The position numbers and the translations under genes are program-made. A stretch of 64,000 nt of DNA from Podarcis erhardii. Lineage: Eukaryota. The notes under the pieces were generated by a model. The model saw nothing but the letters and a program-made list of their open reading frames with translations, was not told where the DNA came from and did not search any database. Shown piece by piece: positions 13,481 through 26,500 of this stretch (positions are counted from its first letter, which is position 1; each line of letters starts with the position of its first letter). Location: the NCBI GenBank assembly GCA_964252035.1, contig OZ176200.1; one strand, 5' to 3'.

Positions 13481-13557
13481 GGTGTAATCCTATATATATC
13501 TTCTCAAAAGTAAGACCCAGCAATTTACTGCCAGGTAAGTGTGAATAGGATTGCACC
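13481..13557. repeat. Short palindromic MITE-like repeat
   Basis: 13-bp inverted termini ggtgtaatcctat / ataggattgcacc (12/13). Related degenerate copies near 22280-22357 and 62965-63060. Confidence 0.5.
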
Positions 13558-16059
13558 ATTAGACATTTTAAAGTCAAAGCCAATCAATACCTAGAATTAT
13601 GCCCTGGTGGATAATAGGAATCCAGTGCAGATACTGAAACATATTTTGGTAGCTTTCCTGTTAGGACTTACTCTTTTTAAGAGGCAGGCTGTTGTGTTCT
13701 GCAGCAAGGGAAGCTTCCAGTTTGCCCTGAAGGGCATGCTGGGTCATGTATACTCAAGGACACAGTTCATGTAGGCCAAATGCAATGTTTGTTTTGTAAT
13801 TCAGCTATAATGTTTGTTTCTAAGACAGAAGTAGTCCTATTATTACTCTGAAGTCTGCATCAACTTGGGTAGAAAAACCAAGAACTAAATTTGAGATTTT
13901 TTTATTTAAAAATTGTGAGCTCTTTAAAATCCTTTAGTCAAAAGGTTTTCTCTGAATTTCCAAGAGGACCCTTATCAAAATCCACCAACAATGAAGCAGC
14001 ACAGCTCCCCCCCACCCATTTTTATTACTTTCCCATCCACAGACTACTATTTGCTGCTTCAGCAGGTGGCAGTAATTATTTTAGAACTGGAAAATTTATC
14101 ACCACCTCTGAAATAACACCAGGGGTTATTCAGTTGTCCTACAAAAGGGAATTGGCAGTTCTATAACAGTTAACTTTTGATATTAAACTACCCTGGCCAT
14201 GTAAACATTTAGCACCATTCTCCTGTACAGTACATCAAAACAGGACACAAAAGCTTTGATAACTTACCACCCTTAAAAATATCAGGTACCATTGTTTTAC
14301 AGTTCCTAAGCTGTTTTTGTGTTTTACTTTTTGTATATGTGCAGTACCGTAGTGAAAGGTGCTCTGTACCCATTTCATTTTATATGCTAATTCATAGGGG
14401 TTCTGAATAACAGTAATCCTTATTCTTAGTTTAGGAATTGACACACTTCAGAACTGCTTTTACTATAATGGTGCTTCTCAGGAATTATTCCCCCCGCCCA
14501 TGAACCTACTTGAAATTCACGATCAGTTTCTGCACTGTCTCTTTACCAACAGAAGTGTAGAAGGAGTGGGCGAGAGAGAGGGAGTTCTTTTCAGTAGTTG
14601 CCTGTAAACTACAGAATATTTACTATGCTGGGAAAGGTTAACTTAGTCCTCACTTTGCCTAATTTTAAAAGGGTTCTGTTTTAGTTTGGCAAGCGTGTCA
14701 TAGTAAGAGACCCTCTGATTATGTTTTAGCTTCCTGTTGCTAAGAATTTTTATAATGCTGCGTTTACTGTTTATTTTGTTTTATTGCTAGGATTGGTTTA
14801 ATCTTGTGTGATTTCTATTTCTGTTTGCATACTGCCTTGAGTGTGATCTTATAGAAAGGGGGCGGGGTATGAAATAAAAAACCCCTAGAAAACTGTAGCA
14901 GTAGCTGTGTTTTATTAGGTACTGTATATGTATTTTATTTAAATACAGTTAAAATATTTGCATCTATATTTGCAGAGACATTTACTCAAGGGAAATGTGA
15001 GTTAGATGTCCAAAAATGAAAGCCTGCCGTTTTAGCTGCATTATGTAAGCCTGAGTCTCAAAGGCACCTATTCTCTTCTGCCAAGAGTAAATAGCAGCAA
15101 GTGTTGCTATGAGATAATGTACCAAGTGGTTTTACTGCTTCTCGAATGGGGAATCATATTCATGAAAACAAATGTTAGTGGTTTAGATAAAACCTAACAG
15201 TGCACAAAGCTAACAACATATAAATCACATTGTGAAACAGAGTAATAAAAGAGTAAGAAGCGACAACATTTCAAAATGCATCAGAGTAAAATCCTACATT
15301 AGCATAGCCATGTGTTCATATGGTTCCAGGTAAAAAACAAACCAAACTTGGAACAGTCACAGCATCACACTGGGAGTACCAAATACTTCACATACACTCA
15401 AGTTTTCAATGTGGAGGCTGGAACAGATAAACCTTACTTGGTAGTAGGGACCACCACCACTAGAACCACTCCTTATATGCACAAAGAAGGGAAAGGGAGT
15501 TTTTAATACATATGTGTGTGTGCGTATTCCTTGAGTGCACATCACTTTCTTTAAGGACCCATCATTGGCTACTCTATGCTACAAGTGCTACATATGAATT
15601 AGCATATTAGTTACATGTAATAAATCACATTTTAAAAAATCATTCTGGGAGAAACCAGGAGTTGATAAATCAACTAGCTTGTGATACTAGGTCAACAAGA
15701 CTGCATAAAGAATGATAATATAGCATAAAAACCACCATGCATTCTTTTTAACTATACTTGTAAATGGGGCAATGTTTAAATATTACAATGAGAGATTTTT
15801 TAAATGTATTTATCCAGCATATGCACTGTCAAGAAGCAAGAACATAATTGCCTTGGCTGTGATCTGAAGATGTGAAATATGGATGCTGGAGAGAACTTCT
15901 TGCAGTTGCTGAAGGAGCAAGTCGCTTTAAAATGTGATCAGTCACTTAGCCCTTTGATAGTAGGAACTGCTGCTGTTGAAGCAGCAAGTAAAACTTCAGT
16001 TGCATGCATAGTTCTCTGTCATGTGCTTGGTATCATCTCTTTGGATTGCAGCCCTAATA

Positions 16060-16960
16060 TGTTAGTATGGGAGCTTTGCTGTGGTGTTGCGGAGAGTTCC
16101 ATCTTGTTCCCCATGCTATTTAACAACTATATGAAACTACTGGGAGCTGTCATCAAATGATTCGGAGTGAAGTGTCACGAGTATAAGGATAGCACTCTAC
16201 CTTTCAGTCCCATCTGAATTAGGAGTGATGGTTGAGGTGCTAGACAAGTGCTAGGAGGGAGTTATGGGCTGCATGAGGGCCAAAAAGTTGAATCCTGGAA
16301 GGACAGAGGTGTTACGTGTTCCAAGTTCTTGAGTCGAAGAGGTGGGAAGACAGCTTGTTGAGGATGAGGTTCCACTTCCCTGAAAGGAGCCGGTTCATAG
16401 CTTGGGTGTACTCTGGATTCAATATGGTTCCTTGAGGCTCAAGTGCCGTTAGTGGCTAGGAGAGTCTATTTCTTGCTAACGCTGGTTTGCTAACATGGCG
16501 ACTTTGGGACAGAGCTTACTTGGCCATAATACTCCATGGTCTGGTAACTTCCAGATTGGATAATAGGTGCCCTTGAAAACAGCTCTGAATTTTCAGTTGT
16601 CCAAAGTGCAGTGGACAGATTACTGGCTGGGTTTCCATTTAGTTCTCATATAATCCTGGCTTTAAAACAGCTGCATTGGCTGCCTATTAATTTCTGGGCC
16701 CAATTCAATATGCTTAAGTTAGTGTATAAAACCCTAAATGACTCAGGCCACAAATATGTAAAAGACTGTCTCTTTCCCCACAGACCTCTTGGATGTTAAA
16801 ATTGGCAGATAGGTCCCTCTTCGTAGTTCCACTGCCCTCAGAAGTTCTGTTGGGGGTGGCCTGGGAAAGGGCATTCCTTCTGGCAGCTCCTAGTTTGTGG
16901 AATTCCTTCTCCACAGAGATACATCTGGCACCATAATTAGCTAACTTCTGACACATATAG
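16060..16960 (+). mobile_element. L2-clade LINE, decayed 3' part of ORF2 (RT + C-terminus)
   Basis: Remnants GVAESSILFPMLFNNYMKLLGAVI (RT; GVPQGS.L.P.LFN.YM) and LKQLHWLPINFWAQFNMLKLVYKTLN; stops and frameshifts present. Confidence 0.85.
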
Positions 16961-18278
16961 AATTGCTGTGTAAAGATTATGATGTAATCAGGATTGTTAC
17001 TATAGCTAGCACTGGTAAACACAATTTTTTTTTTATTGTAGTACTTACTTACAACAGGAATTTGTCTTGACCATTTCATTTATCTAAGGTAAATATCATT
17101 TATTTAACCTGCAACTGTGGCTCACAATAGTTTGGACCTTGGAAAAGGTCACTGTACCACAGCCCATTGTTCAGTGCTTACGGTAATGCTATTTTGTATT
17201 TGTAAATAAATACAGGTTGCATTCTTCAAGGATATGCTCCTGGCTGCCCCTGAACGATGGACAATTTTTCAGTGTCAAGCACAATAAAATTTTGTTCATC
17301 TCTGTTAGACCAAATGATACACCAGAACGTTTAGCACAGGTGACACCACCTAAAAGATGGAATGTGTATGCACACCTACCTCCCCCATGCTAATTGTTAC
17401 CTCTTCCTTGGGAGATTGTGTATCTATGTAACTACTTCAGACTGTGTTTGAATGTTTCCCTTTCTATACATGAAAAGCTAATGTCAATAAGATGAGTCAT
17501 CTACCTGATTTACTCATGATCCAAATGTGCAAGGAATGCACTTGCAGTTGGACCCTGCTACAGCCGAGAAAGGACTGTATCACATGTTATTTCTGCACAT
17601 ATATATTTTCAGTGACAACATCCTTCTATTCAACATAACTTTTTTCCACATGGATCACTTGAAAATTGTTGAGGGTCTTGACAGACCACTTGATGATTTT
17701 CCTGACTGTTGTAGTAGTTGTAATGTGCTGTGCTAGATGCTGTACAATTTTAGTTGTATTTTACTGCTTCTTTTATGTCTTATTACCTTGTGTAATGAAA
17801 CTGTAATACAAAAAACACAATACAGTATAAGAAATAAAAGCAATTTAAATACAATTAAAATCAACATGAATCTTTGATGTGATTGATGTCTATTGATTTC
17901 AACCACAAATTGATAGACACACTGTGGACCACATGAATGAAACTTGCAGACCACTTGTGGTCTATGGACCACAGTTTAGGAACTCCTGACATAAGGATTG
18001 CATAATAACAGGTAAGGAGTTGCAAAGAGACCCATTCCTCATAGCAAGATTGTACTTTCCCTTATGCAAATTGTATATTGCGCTGTTGGTGTCAATTGAG
18101 GGCTTTCCTGCTACAATAAAGAGATAATGCAGTGCCACACAGTTAGAAGTTGTTTAAAAAGCTCAGAAGTGATCCTGTTGTGAGGCAAGATGAGGAGGGT
18201 GCCTCAGCAGGCATATTTTGGGCGCTGTTAAAAGGTGGCATCAGAGTGGGACATTTGATTTACAGGACACAATAATCT

Positions 18279-18400
18279 GAGCAATGAGACTCTTAATTCC
18301 AGGATCATGGGTTTGAGCCCCACACTGGGTGAAACATTCCTGCATTGCAGGGGGTTGGACTAGATGACCCTCATGATCCCTTCCAACTCTACAATTCTAT
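18279..18400 (+). mobile_element. tRNA-Lys-like SINE with CR1-like 3' end, 5'-truncated
   Basis: gagactcttaat...ggtttgagccccac head remnant and gggttggactagatgaccctc...ccttccaactctacaattctat tail. Tail fragments of this type also occur at 37436-37467, 43266-43292 and 44790-44862. Confidence 0.8.
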
Positions 18401-18601
18401 TGTTCTCCTGTGCAAGCTGCACTGAGGTGTGGGAGCTAGTGGGGTTGTCCCCCCTGCAGATACGGAAGTATCTTGGGCTGGGCGCCCCCCACCTCGGCCT
18501 AAGCTCCTTTAACCCTCTTGTTTCCAACAACCCTGCGCCAGGGGGGCAGTCTGCGGCTTATACTGTATGTCCTTGCAAGGCATTTGAAACTTTACAAAGC
18601 A

Positions 18602-19725
18602 GGGGGCCCACTAGGGGGCGCATAGGAAGATGGCCGACAATAACATCTCTCCGACCCACGGGAGGTATTTGGAGGCTATGTTGGGAGTAATTAGCCTCCC
18701 TAAACCCACTCAAGATGGTGAGTGGGGCCGTATGCCTGCTGTGCCCGATACCACCCCCGAATTTTTGAGGGGGATGGGGGCATTAGGCACAAAACCCTCC
18801 CGTGAGTCGGCACTCCTGGACGCCATCTCTGACCTGCTCCACTAGCTGCGAGAACTTCAAAGAAACGATTTGGCACGAAGGAACGCACATACTTCAGGAA
18901 ATGAGGAGGAGTGAATACTGCAACAAAGAGGTCTCTGGAAAAACAAGATTTAATTTATGAGAAGATACGGTATGGCAAAGACTGATGGGGGAGGGGGAAA
19001 ACGTTTTATTTTACTTAAGTGATTAACCCCAAGAATCCCCTCCCTTCAAGAGTCAAAAGCCAGAAATGAGGTTTTAAGGACTTAAGCTGTGAATCTAAGG
19101 CTGTGTGGAGATAAACTTTCGAATCAAAGTATGTTTTTAGAAGACTGTGGAAAGTATAAGAGCTTTGTTCCTACGCAGTCAAAAATGTCGCCGTCGCCAT
19201 CTTGGGAAGCTCTGTCGGAGGAATAAGCCTGGGAGGACAGTGAATATTGTGGGAGAGACTCATCAAAGGGGCTTTAAGTACGACAGAGCTATGAATTTAA
19301 GAGGGAAAAAGTGATCTTATCTCCGAAGGTGATGATTTATGGGAACCATCTGGATGGAGGTTCACGACGGGAAATCTACGCAGGAGCATTACCGGTGTAT
19401 ATCGGCTTAAGAAGACCATCAGGAGAGACCATAAAGGACAAAGAGAAAATATTTGATTAAGAAGTGATGTGGAAACAGCAAGATAAGACTGGAAAGAACT
19501 ATGAATATGTGTTTGGACTGTTTGAACATCTATTTGGACTTATTTGGACTGATTTGGACATTAATGCAGAAGTAATGATTAGATCAGAATCCCTCCTCGG
19601 ATCTGGAAGTATGGGACCCCCCAACAAAATTTAAAAATTCGGCACTGTAATTTGGAATCTATGTGATGTGGTTTGATTCGATGTGATTGGCCGGTTAATA
19701 AAAATTTATTTTTTTTTTAAAAAAA
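18602..19725 (+). mobile_element. Unclassified non-autonomous non-LTR retroelement (L1-dependent type), 1124 bp
   Basis: Perfect 16-bp TSD gaaactttacaaagca (18586-18601, 19726-19741). G-rich 5' start; AATAAA 19697-19702 followed by a T10A7 tail. No RT coding sequence. Confidence 0.8.
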
Positions 19726-19979
19726 GAAACTTTACAAAGCAACCTTGCTAAGTGAGGACCTAGAAGGTGCAGGATTTGCACATTATGTTACTCGGTGCAA
19801 CTGGCTCTTTCCTGCTTCCTGGGGCCATGTCTTGAGCACACCACTCCTTATACGCGAAAGAGCATCCACGGCAGTAGCAGCAGCAGCAATAAAAACTGCG
19901 GAGCCAAGTGAGCCTCACGAAATCAGAAAGAGGACAATCCCAACGGACAAGTTTCGTAGGGAGCTGAGAGACTCCCAGC

Positions 19980-20880
19980 CTATGCACGCTTTTCTGAGGG
20001 GAAAGATCCACGGTATTCAATGCGATTTACTTCCCAGATTGCCCTGCTAAGTTTCCTTGGAGGCTGGAATGGTGGGGCAGAGCGGCGGCTGCAGCCGGTT
20101 TTTGAAATGCAACTTTTTTCAAAGCGAAGACCAAGTTCTCTCAGAGCGAAAAGCGAAGGGGAGACGGGAAAGTCCCACCGCCCCTTCCTCCTCCCTGAGG
20201 TGGGGCCGGCCGGCCGGCCTCTGAGGAGGGCGGGGGGGAGGGGGTTGCAGGGAGGAACGTCTCCGCGCTCTGCGCTACTTTGTCCCTGCGAGGCCCCTGT
20301 ACTACCCGCGGTGCCCAGGCTGTGCGGCTGTGGAGAAAAGTTTCTGCATGCGCGAAGGGGCTGAAGAGCCGGCTGGGGACCGAGAGGCGGGAAAAAGCCG
20401 CCGCCGCCGCCGCCACGGCAGGGCAGCGGGGTCGGTGAGGTGTGTGCGTTTGCCGCTGCGAAGCGAGGGGCGAGAGTGGGAAGGAGGGTGGCAGCCAGGG
20501 AGGGAGGCTGCAAGTTGTCCGGTTGCCATGACGACGAAGAGGATGCCGGCTGCATTTGGGCGCCCGGAGCGGCCGCTTCCAGGGAGGGGAGCGCAGCATC
20601 TCTGCCGCTTGTGGGCGCTTTTCGGGGCTGCCGGGTGAAGGAGGGACCTGCTTGTGTTTTGGTCAGCCAGCTTCCTTTGGGGTCCCTCACAAGTGACTTA
20701 TTCGGAGATTCTGCCGTGTTATCCGCTCTCAGAGGGGCCGGCCGGGTTAGGCTGCCGCAGCAAAAGCAAAGTAAAGGCTGGTGGCAGCTTACTCTGCTAT
20801 TATAGTTTAATAAATCGATCTAAGGCGTTGCATGAATATATACGCGGGGTAGGCACGCTTGTGGAGGACGGAGGAGAGGT
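19980..20880. promoter_or_regulatory. CpG island / STK33 promoter and non-coding first exon
   Basis: Abrupt GC- and CpG-rich island in AT-rich DNA upstream of the STK33 coding exons. Contains GC boxes, (GCC)6 at 20397-20414, an NRF1-like tgcatgcgcg at 20345-20354 and a good candidate donor tcg|gtgagg at 20435. Exact TSS not determinable. Confidence 0.8.
20522..20535 (+). promoter_or_regulatory. RFX X-box-like motif GTTGCCATGACGAC
   Basis: 12/14 match to the GTTGCCATGGCAAC X-box, inside the CpG island. Confidence 0.6.
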
Positions 20881-20922
20881 ACATCTCCTCTGGCAGTGAT
20901 GTTGCAGCTTTAAATGCACGTG

Positions 20923-21652
20923 TTATTTATTTATTCATTTGATTTATTTATAAAAGCACTTATACACTGCTATAGCGTAAGCCATCTCCAAGCGGTTTAC
21001 AGCAATAGTATCTTCACAGAATAAAAGTGCATAAAAAATTAAAATCAGATGTATTCTTAATTGCCTGTGTAAACTTGGTAGCAGAGAAAGGTTTTTTGCA
21101 GGCTGAAATAGAGGGTGCCTGCTGAATCTCTGTTGGCAGAGCATTCCACAGGACAGGGTTGATAACACCAAAGGCTCGGTTTCTTGTTGCTGTCAGGTGA
21201 GCCTTGCCAGCTCTGGGGAAGACTAATGATGCTCAGTGATCAAGCCGGGGTAGAAGAGTTTAGGCTGTCCTTAAGGTACCCTGGACATAAGATGTTTAAG
21301 GCTTTAAAAATTAATACAATGGCTTTGAACCTGGTTTGGTCGTAGATATGCAGCCAGTGCAGATGTTTTTAAAAAATGCCACATGATGTTGGCAATGTGC
21401 CCCCATCCACAGTCTAAGTGCCACATTCCTCACCAGCAAAAGCTTCTGATCCAGGCCTTAAGGAAGCCCCACGCAGAGTGCAGTAATCCAGCCTTGAGAT
21501 TAGCAATAAATGGACTTTAGTGGCCAGGCTATTCCAGGAATAGCTATAGCTGGTGAAATAGGCAGAGCAGGTAAAAGGCACTCCTATCCACAGAGGACAC
21601 TTGACACTCTAGTGACAGAGATGTGTTGAGGAGTATCCCCAAGCTATGCACC
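20923..21652 (-). mobile_element. L2-clade LINE 3' fragment, antisense in STK33 intron 1
   Basis: - strand reads HLHWLHIYDQTRFKAIVLIFKALN (L2 LHWLP..R..FK motif) and ends in a (TAAA)n-like tail at 20923. Confidence 0.75.
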
Positions 21653-23020
21653 TTTTCTTTCTTATCTTGCAACTGATAAGTTGCCTATCTCCTGCACACA
21701 GAAACTACCTATCCAAAGAGACTCCATCTTTCAAGGAATCAACAGTTTATTGGCCCCTTCAGATACCGATCCAGAGCTTTCTTATGTTCATATGAGCTTT
21801 CATATATTCAGAGCTTTCATATCTCCTGATTCAGATGTTAGGGAGCAATAGACACCTTGCTCTAAAGTTCCTAATGACTTTCCTTTCCAATGTGGTGCCT
21901 GTCAAATGAATAGATGCCTGCTACTTTATCTTGTCCTTCAGAGTTAGAGAAAGAATCAGATTCCTGGGTGGCAGCAATGATTAGGCTTTCAGTCTGCCAA
22001 TAGTCTTGGATTTTTCCAGGCCTTTTATTCTTTTTTTGGGAGTTACATAACTTTAAGGAAATACATTATTTCAGAACCTTCTTGTTTCCTGGACTAAGCA
22101 GTCCTGGTGCCATAAGGCAACATGGAAAGTCTTTTTAATAAACTCACTGTTCTCTGCAGAAATATTACTGCACTTTCGTATATTATTGTTTTGTTACTGT
22201 TATACAATTCAAACTGGAATGTTGTCTTTGTAGCTTTTACAGAATTGTCTGAATCAGGAAAAAACTATCCCAGCAGTTAAGCATTTTTAATCAGAAGTAA
22301 GTCCCACACAGTTCAGTAGGTCTAACTTTCATGTGATTATGCTTAGGACAGCAGCCTTAAAGTGTTTTCTCATATGAGACCTAAATTGATTTGGAGCTTT
22401 TTGTATCCTGTTTGTATACAATGAGCATAGTGTGTGACATAAACTTTATGCAAAAATATAGCATAGAGAGAAAACATTTGGAATGCAATGTAAATTTTAT
22501 ATTGCTTAGCATTCCAAACCCAGATGAAGCAATGGCTGCTTTTAAGGTTGACATATGTTTTAGAAAGTTCTTTCTAATTTACCATCTAAACCTCTTTGGT
22601 TACAGTTTAACTCCAATTCCCACCAGCTGTAACCAGCATGGCTAATGGTTAGGTATGATAGGAGTTGCAGTCCATCAATATCTAGAGGGCCACAGGCTCG
22701 CCATTCCTGGTTTAAGATTTCCATATGTCTCTGGCTGTTACTTTTTCATTCTTATGTTCATGCTCCCTCTGGTGGGTTATAGCTATGTGCACATCCATAG
22801 GATACAAAAGTCAAGAAAAGATTTTTACTGGGCAAGGTGCTATCTAGCATTCTTAGATGAGGCTACTTATTTAGATCTATTTCAATCTCATTATGGTCCA
22901 TTTCCATCACTAAAACAGCCTTGATTACCCTGATATGCTATCTGGTTGGGAGACCAGAGGAGAGTGTGACCTTACTATTTTTTCTGCCACTCGCAGTGGC
23001 TTTTGGTTTCCATAAGCAGG

Positions 23021-23348
23021 GGTAAAGGTAAAGGGACCCCTGGCACTTAAGTCCAGTCGCGAACGACTCTGGGGTTGCAGGGCTCATCTTGCTTTTCTGG
23101 GTCATGTGGCCAGCATGACTAAGCTGCTTCTGGCGAACCAGAGCAGCACACGGAAACGCTGTTTACCTTCCCGCCAGAGTGGTACCTATTTATCTACTTG
23201 CACTTTTTGGCGTGCTTTTGAACTGCTAGGTTGGCAGGAGCTGGGACCGAGCAATGAGAACTCACCCTGTCGCAGATATTTGAACCACTGACCTTTTGAT
23301 CGGCAAGCCCAAGGCTCAGTGGTTTAGACCACAGTGCCACACGCGTCC
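23021..23348 (-). mobile_element. Sauria SINE (second subfamily)
   Basis: Same tail, core and 5' end as the 6052 copy, with a different 3' subterminal sequence. Confidence 0.9.
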
Positions 23349-23354
23349 TTAGAC

Positions 23355-23540
23355 CAAGGGTAGCCAACCTTTTTATACCTACCGCCCACTAATGCATCTT
23401 TCTTGATGGTAAAATTTCTTTACCACCCACCAGTGCTCGATGGAAGGAGGATTCAGATTGTGCCGTAGAACCCCCTACCACCCACCTAGAATTCTGAAAC
23501 GCCCACTAGTGGGCGGTAGGGACCAGGTTGACAACCCCTG
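23355..23540. mobile_element. hAT-type MITE
   Basis: TIR caagggtagccaacct / aggttgacaacccctg; 8-bp TSD ccttagac / ccacagac. Confidence 0.7.
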
Positions 23541-26500
23541 CCACAGACCATGCTGGATTGGCTGATTGAGTTGGGAATTAGAGATTCTGCTGTGAAGTGG
23601 TTACATTCCTATCTGGAGAGCAACTTTCAGAAGTTGCCGGGAGACTGTTGCTTAGCCCCCTGGCTTTTAATATTCTGAGTTCTGTGGGGTTTTTAATATT
23701 CTGAGTTCTTGTCTCCCATGCTATTCAGCATTTACATGGAACCATCTTGCTGTTTTTATCTGATTTGTTCAGAAATGTTATACAACTAGCAATGGCTTAC
23801 AGTAGAAATGAAACTGCAGTGTAGTTTCTAAAGTGCTCTAAAGTAGCACTTTAGAGGCTAGCAAAATGCATTATTCCTTAAGTGTGCATGGATTACAAAA
23901 AATGAGACATCTGATTCTGTGGATTTTTGTCCCTAAAACCTTAGGCCATAATAAATTTGTTTATAAAGTAGTTTATAAAGTAGTAGCATTGTTCTTTTTG
24001 TTGTTTTGCTCAAGTTGCATAATGGTCTACTTTACAGAGTTGTGATGGTAAAAAAACATTTTGGCAAAATTAAATTTAAATTAAAAAGCTATTTGTAAAA
24101 TTGAAGTTCTTAATTGTCCACAATAGCAAGGGAGGAAGATGATGATGAGAAAACCAAAACAACTTGGCTGCACCCCATGAACTCCTAGCATCCTCACCAG
24201 GTCTAGTGGGCAGCCGCACCACTGATTCTTCTAATCATTTAATGGAAATGAACACATTTGCAACATGGAAGTTCTCTGTGTTGGTGGTATTTACTAGTTT
24301 TTATTATTGTAGACCAAACTATAACTTCTGAAAAACATATAGCCAATTGTTATAAAACAGCACATTGTGATACGTCTCCAGAAGTGCTAACAAAGCTTAC
24401 TGTCCATCATAGGCACAGTCTTGACCCTTGTTTCCTACATTACATGATTTCTGACAGAATTTTCAGCTACTTTATTAAATTTGATTAGATCACCCTTATT
24501 CTATAAATGTATTCAATTATATGAATCTAATTCTTAAACTCCCTTCTGTGTTGTTGAAATAAAAGCTGTCTTATGGCTACTGGGCCATAAGACACAAGGG
24601 CAATAGACTAAGATGATTACTCATTTTCTCTCTGCTTCTAAATGAGCAACTAATTACGTTATCTAATTTTCAATAGATAGTCATATTCACTCTTCTCAAG
24701 AATGTTCACGGCAGCCTCTAAAATAGATGCTTTGAATCAAGGATTCACAAATCATTAATCTGCTAAAACACATTAGGAAGGAATGGTGGGAGTAGTTTTG
24801 TTTTTTTTTGTAAGGGAGGAGAGAGAAGAAGCCAGCCGTCTTATCCAGAAAAAATTACAAAACGGGATAGGAGTTGGTTTTCTTTACCCTGTGAAACCAA
24901 TAAGTTTAGTGTAGCACAATTTTGCCCATTTGCAACATTAACAGAAATGCTACCCCACTGAATTGGCACTACTTAGGTTCACGAGCTGCTCCTAGAAAAA
25001 ACCTGCTAATTGTACTCCTTGACACTTAGTCCTCCCTGTGCATAACTTTATCGTATTTTCTAGCTAGGAACCTCCTTCTTAGCTGACATTCTCTATACTG
25101 TTGCAGCTGCAACCCTTCACCCTTAACACAAGAACAGTCCTATTGGATCTACCTGTAAAACAGAATCCTCTGTAATTCAATTTCATTGGATGGAGTTCTG
25201 GTATGGAAAAGAGAGAAAAGTGCTATATTTCTCCCCAGCCCACCTTCTCTACACTGTGCATGATTTTGTAGATTTCTATTATATGCTCCCTTAGTTACTT
25301 ATGTCAATATTATTAATGTGGTGGGGAGGCTACAAAAAAAAAAGAAAAAAAAAGGTTCCCCCCTCGTTCCCATTATGAGAAAGCCTGTATGAGTCTAGCT
25401 TACGTATGTTAGAATATTCCTATTTTCATTGGAGAAATGTTGGAGTGTATCCAATGGAGAATTGCACACCTGTACAATCATATCTTTATGTTGTACAGAC
25501 TGCATATCCAGACCATAGATATGATATAAGAGCCTTCTAACTTTCTCCAAGAATGTTACATTTACAGTATGATGTAAACAGGGATACATTACACTGACTT
25601 GGACAGAATTGGGTTCTCTGTAGTGTGTTGAACAGGGCAGTCTAAAAGCAATTTTATTATGGGAATGTTCAAGCACTTGAGGAAGTGAACTAGACAAGAA
25701 TGCAAAAATCCCACTGAAAGCAGTGCTCCTAGCAACTAGCCAAGGCCTGCAGTAAACATGAGCACAGCAAACTTCTTTGTTATGTGAACTTTTGTGGTTT
25801 CCATTTAACAATGGGGCTTTCTGGACAAGATTTTATCTGCAGTTTGTTAATATGAATGTGGAGATGATCACAATGACTCAATTTCACTGTTAATATTTCT
25901 ATCCCTTTATCTTAAGGGCAATCTCTTATTTAGGATCTTTTACACCTTTATCTGAATACAGTACATGCTTTGTTGTGGTCAGATTGTATGGTGATGGCGT
26001 TATTTATGTCCGGATCTTTCGAGCTTCTGTGTCAACAAAGTAGAATCAGTTCACAAAAAAATTGTGCAATATAACAACCAGGATATCGCACTTGGGGTAT
26101 GAGCTAATGCAACAAGGTAGTATAGATTGATAACTAAGATGCTGGTAGGATATTGCAGCAGAGTTTGGCAGGGCATTAGTATGCAAAATAGTTCTGAAAT
26201 TGGTAGAAAGGGCTTCCATTCAGCAGGGACCCATCTATATTGGTGCCAGCCCATACAAGTGGATTTTTTTTTTTTTTTTTTAAAAATTGCAAATCATTGC
26301 TGTCAATCTCTTTTTTGTCAGCTGTGTCACAAATGGGAGTCATGGGATGCAGTAGGTTTGAGCTTAGAAACATTTTACCAAAAAGGAGAACTGTTATTTT
26401 GGTTAATGGATACAACTGAGATTCAAATAATGTACTGCCATTATCCCCTCTCTGGAAATTAACTGAAAGGGAAGAGCTGCATCACTTAATTTAAATGTAT

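Noticed and set aside
19980-20899. Several long overlapping ORFs (up to 236 aa) on both strands in the CpG island
   Set aside because: Expected from stop-codon depletion in GC-rich DNA. Low-complexity Pro/Ala/Gly/Arg content and no recognisable domain.
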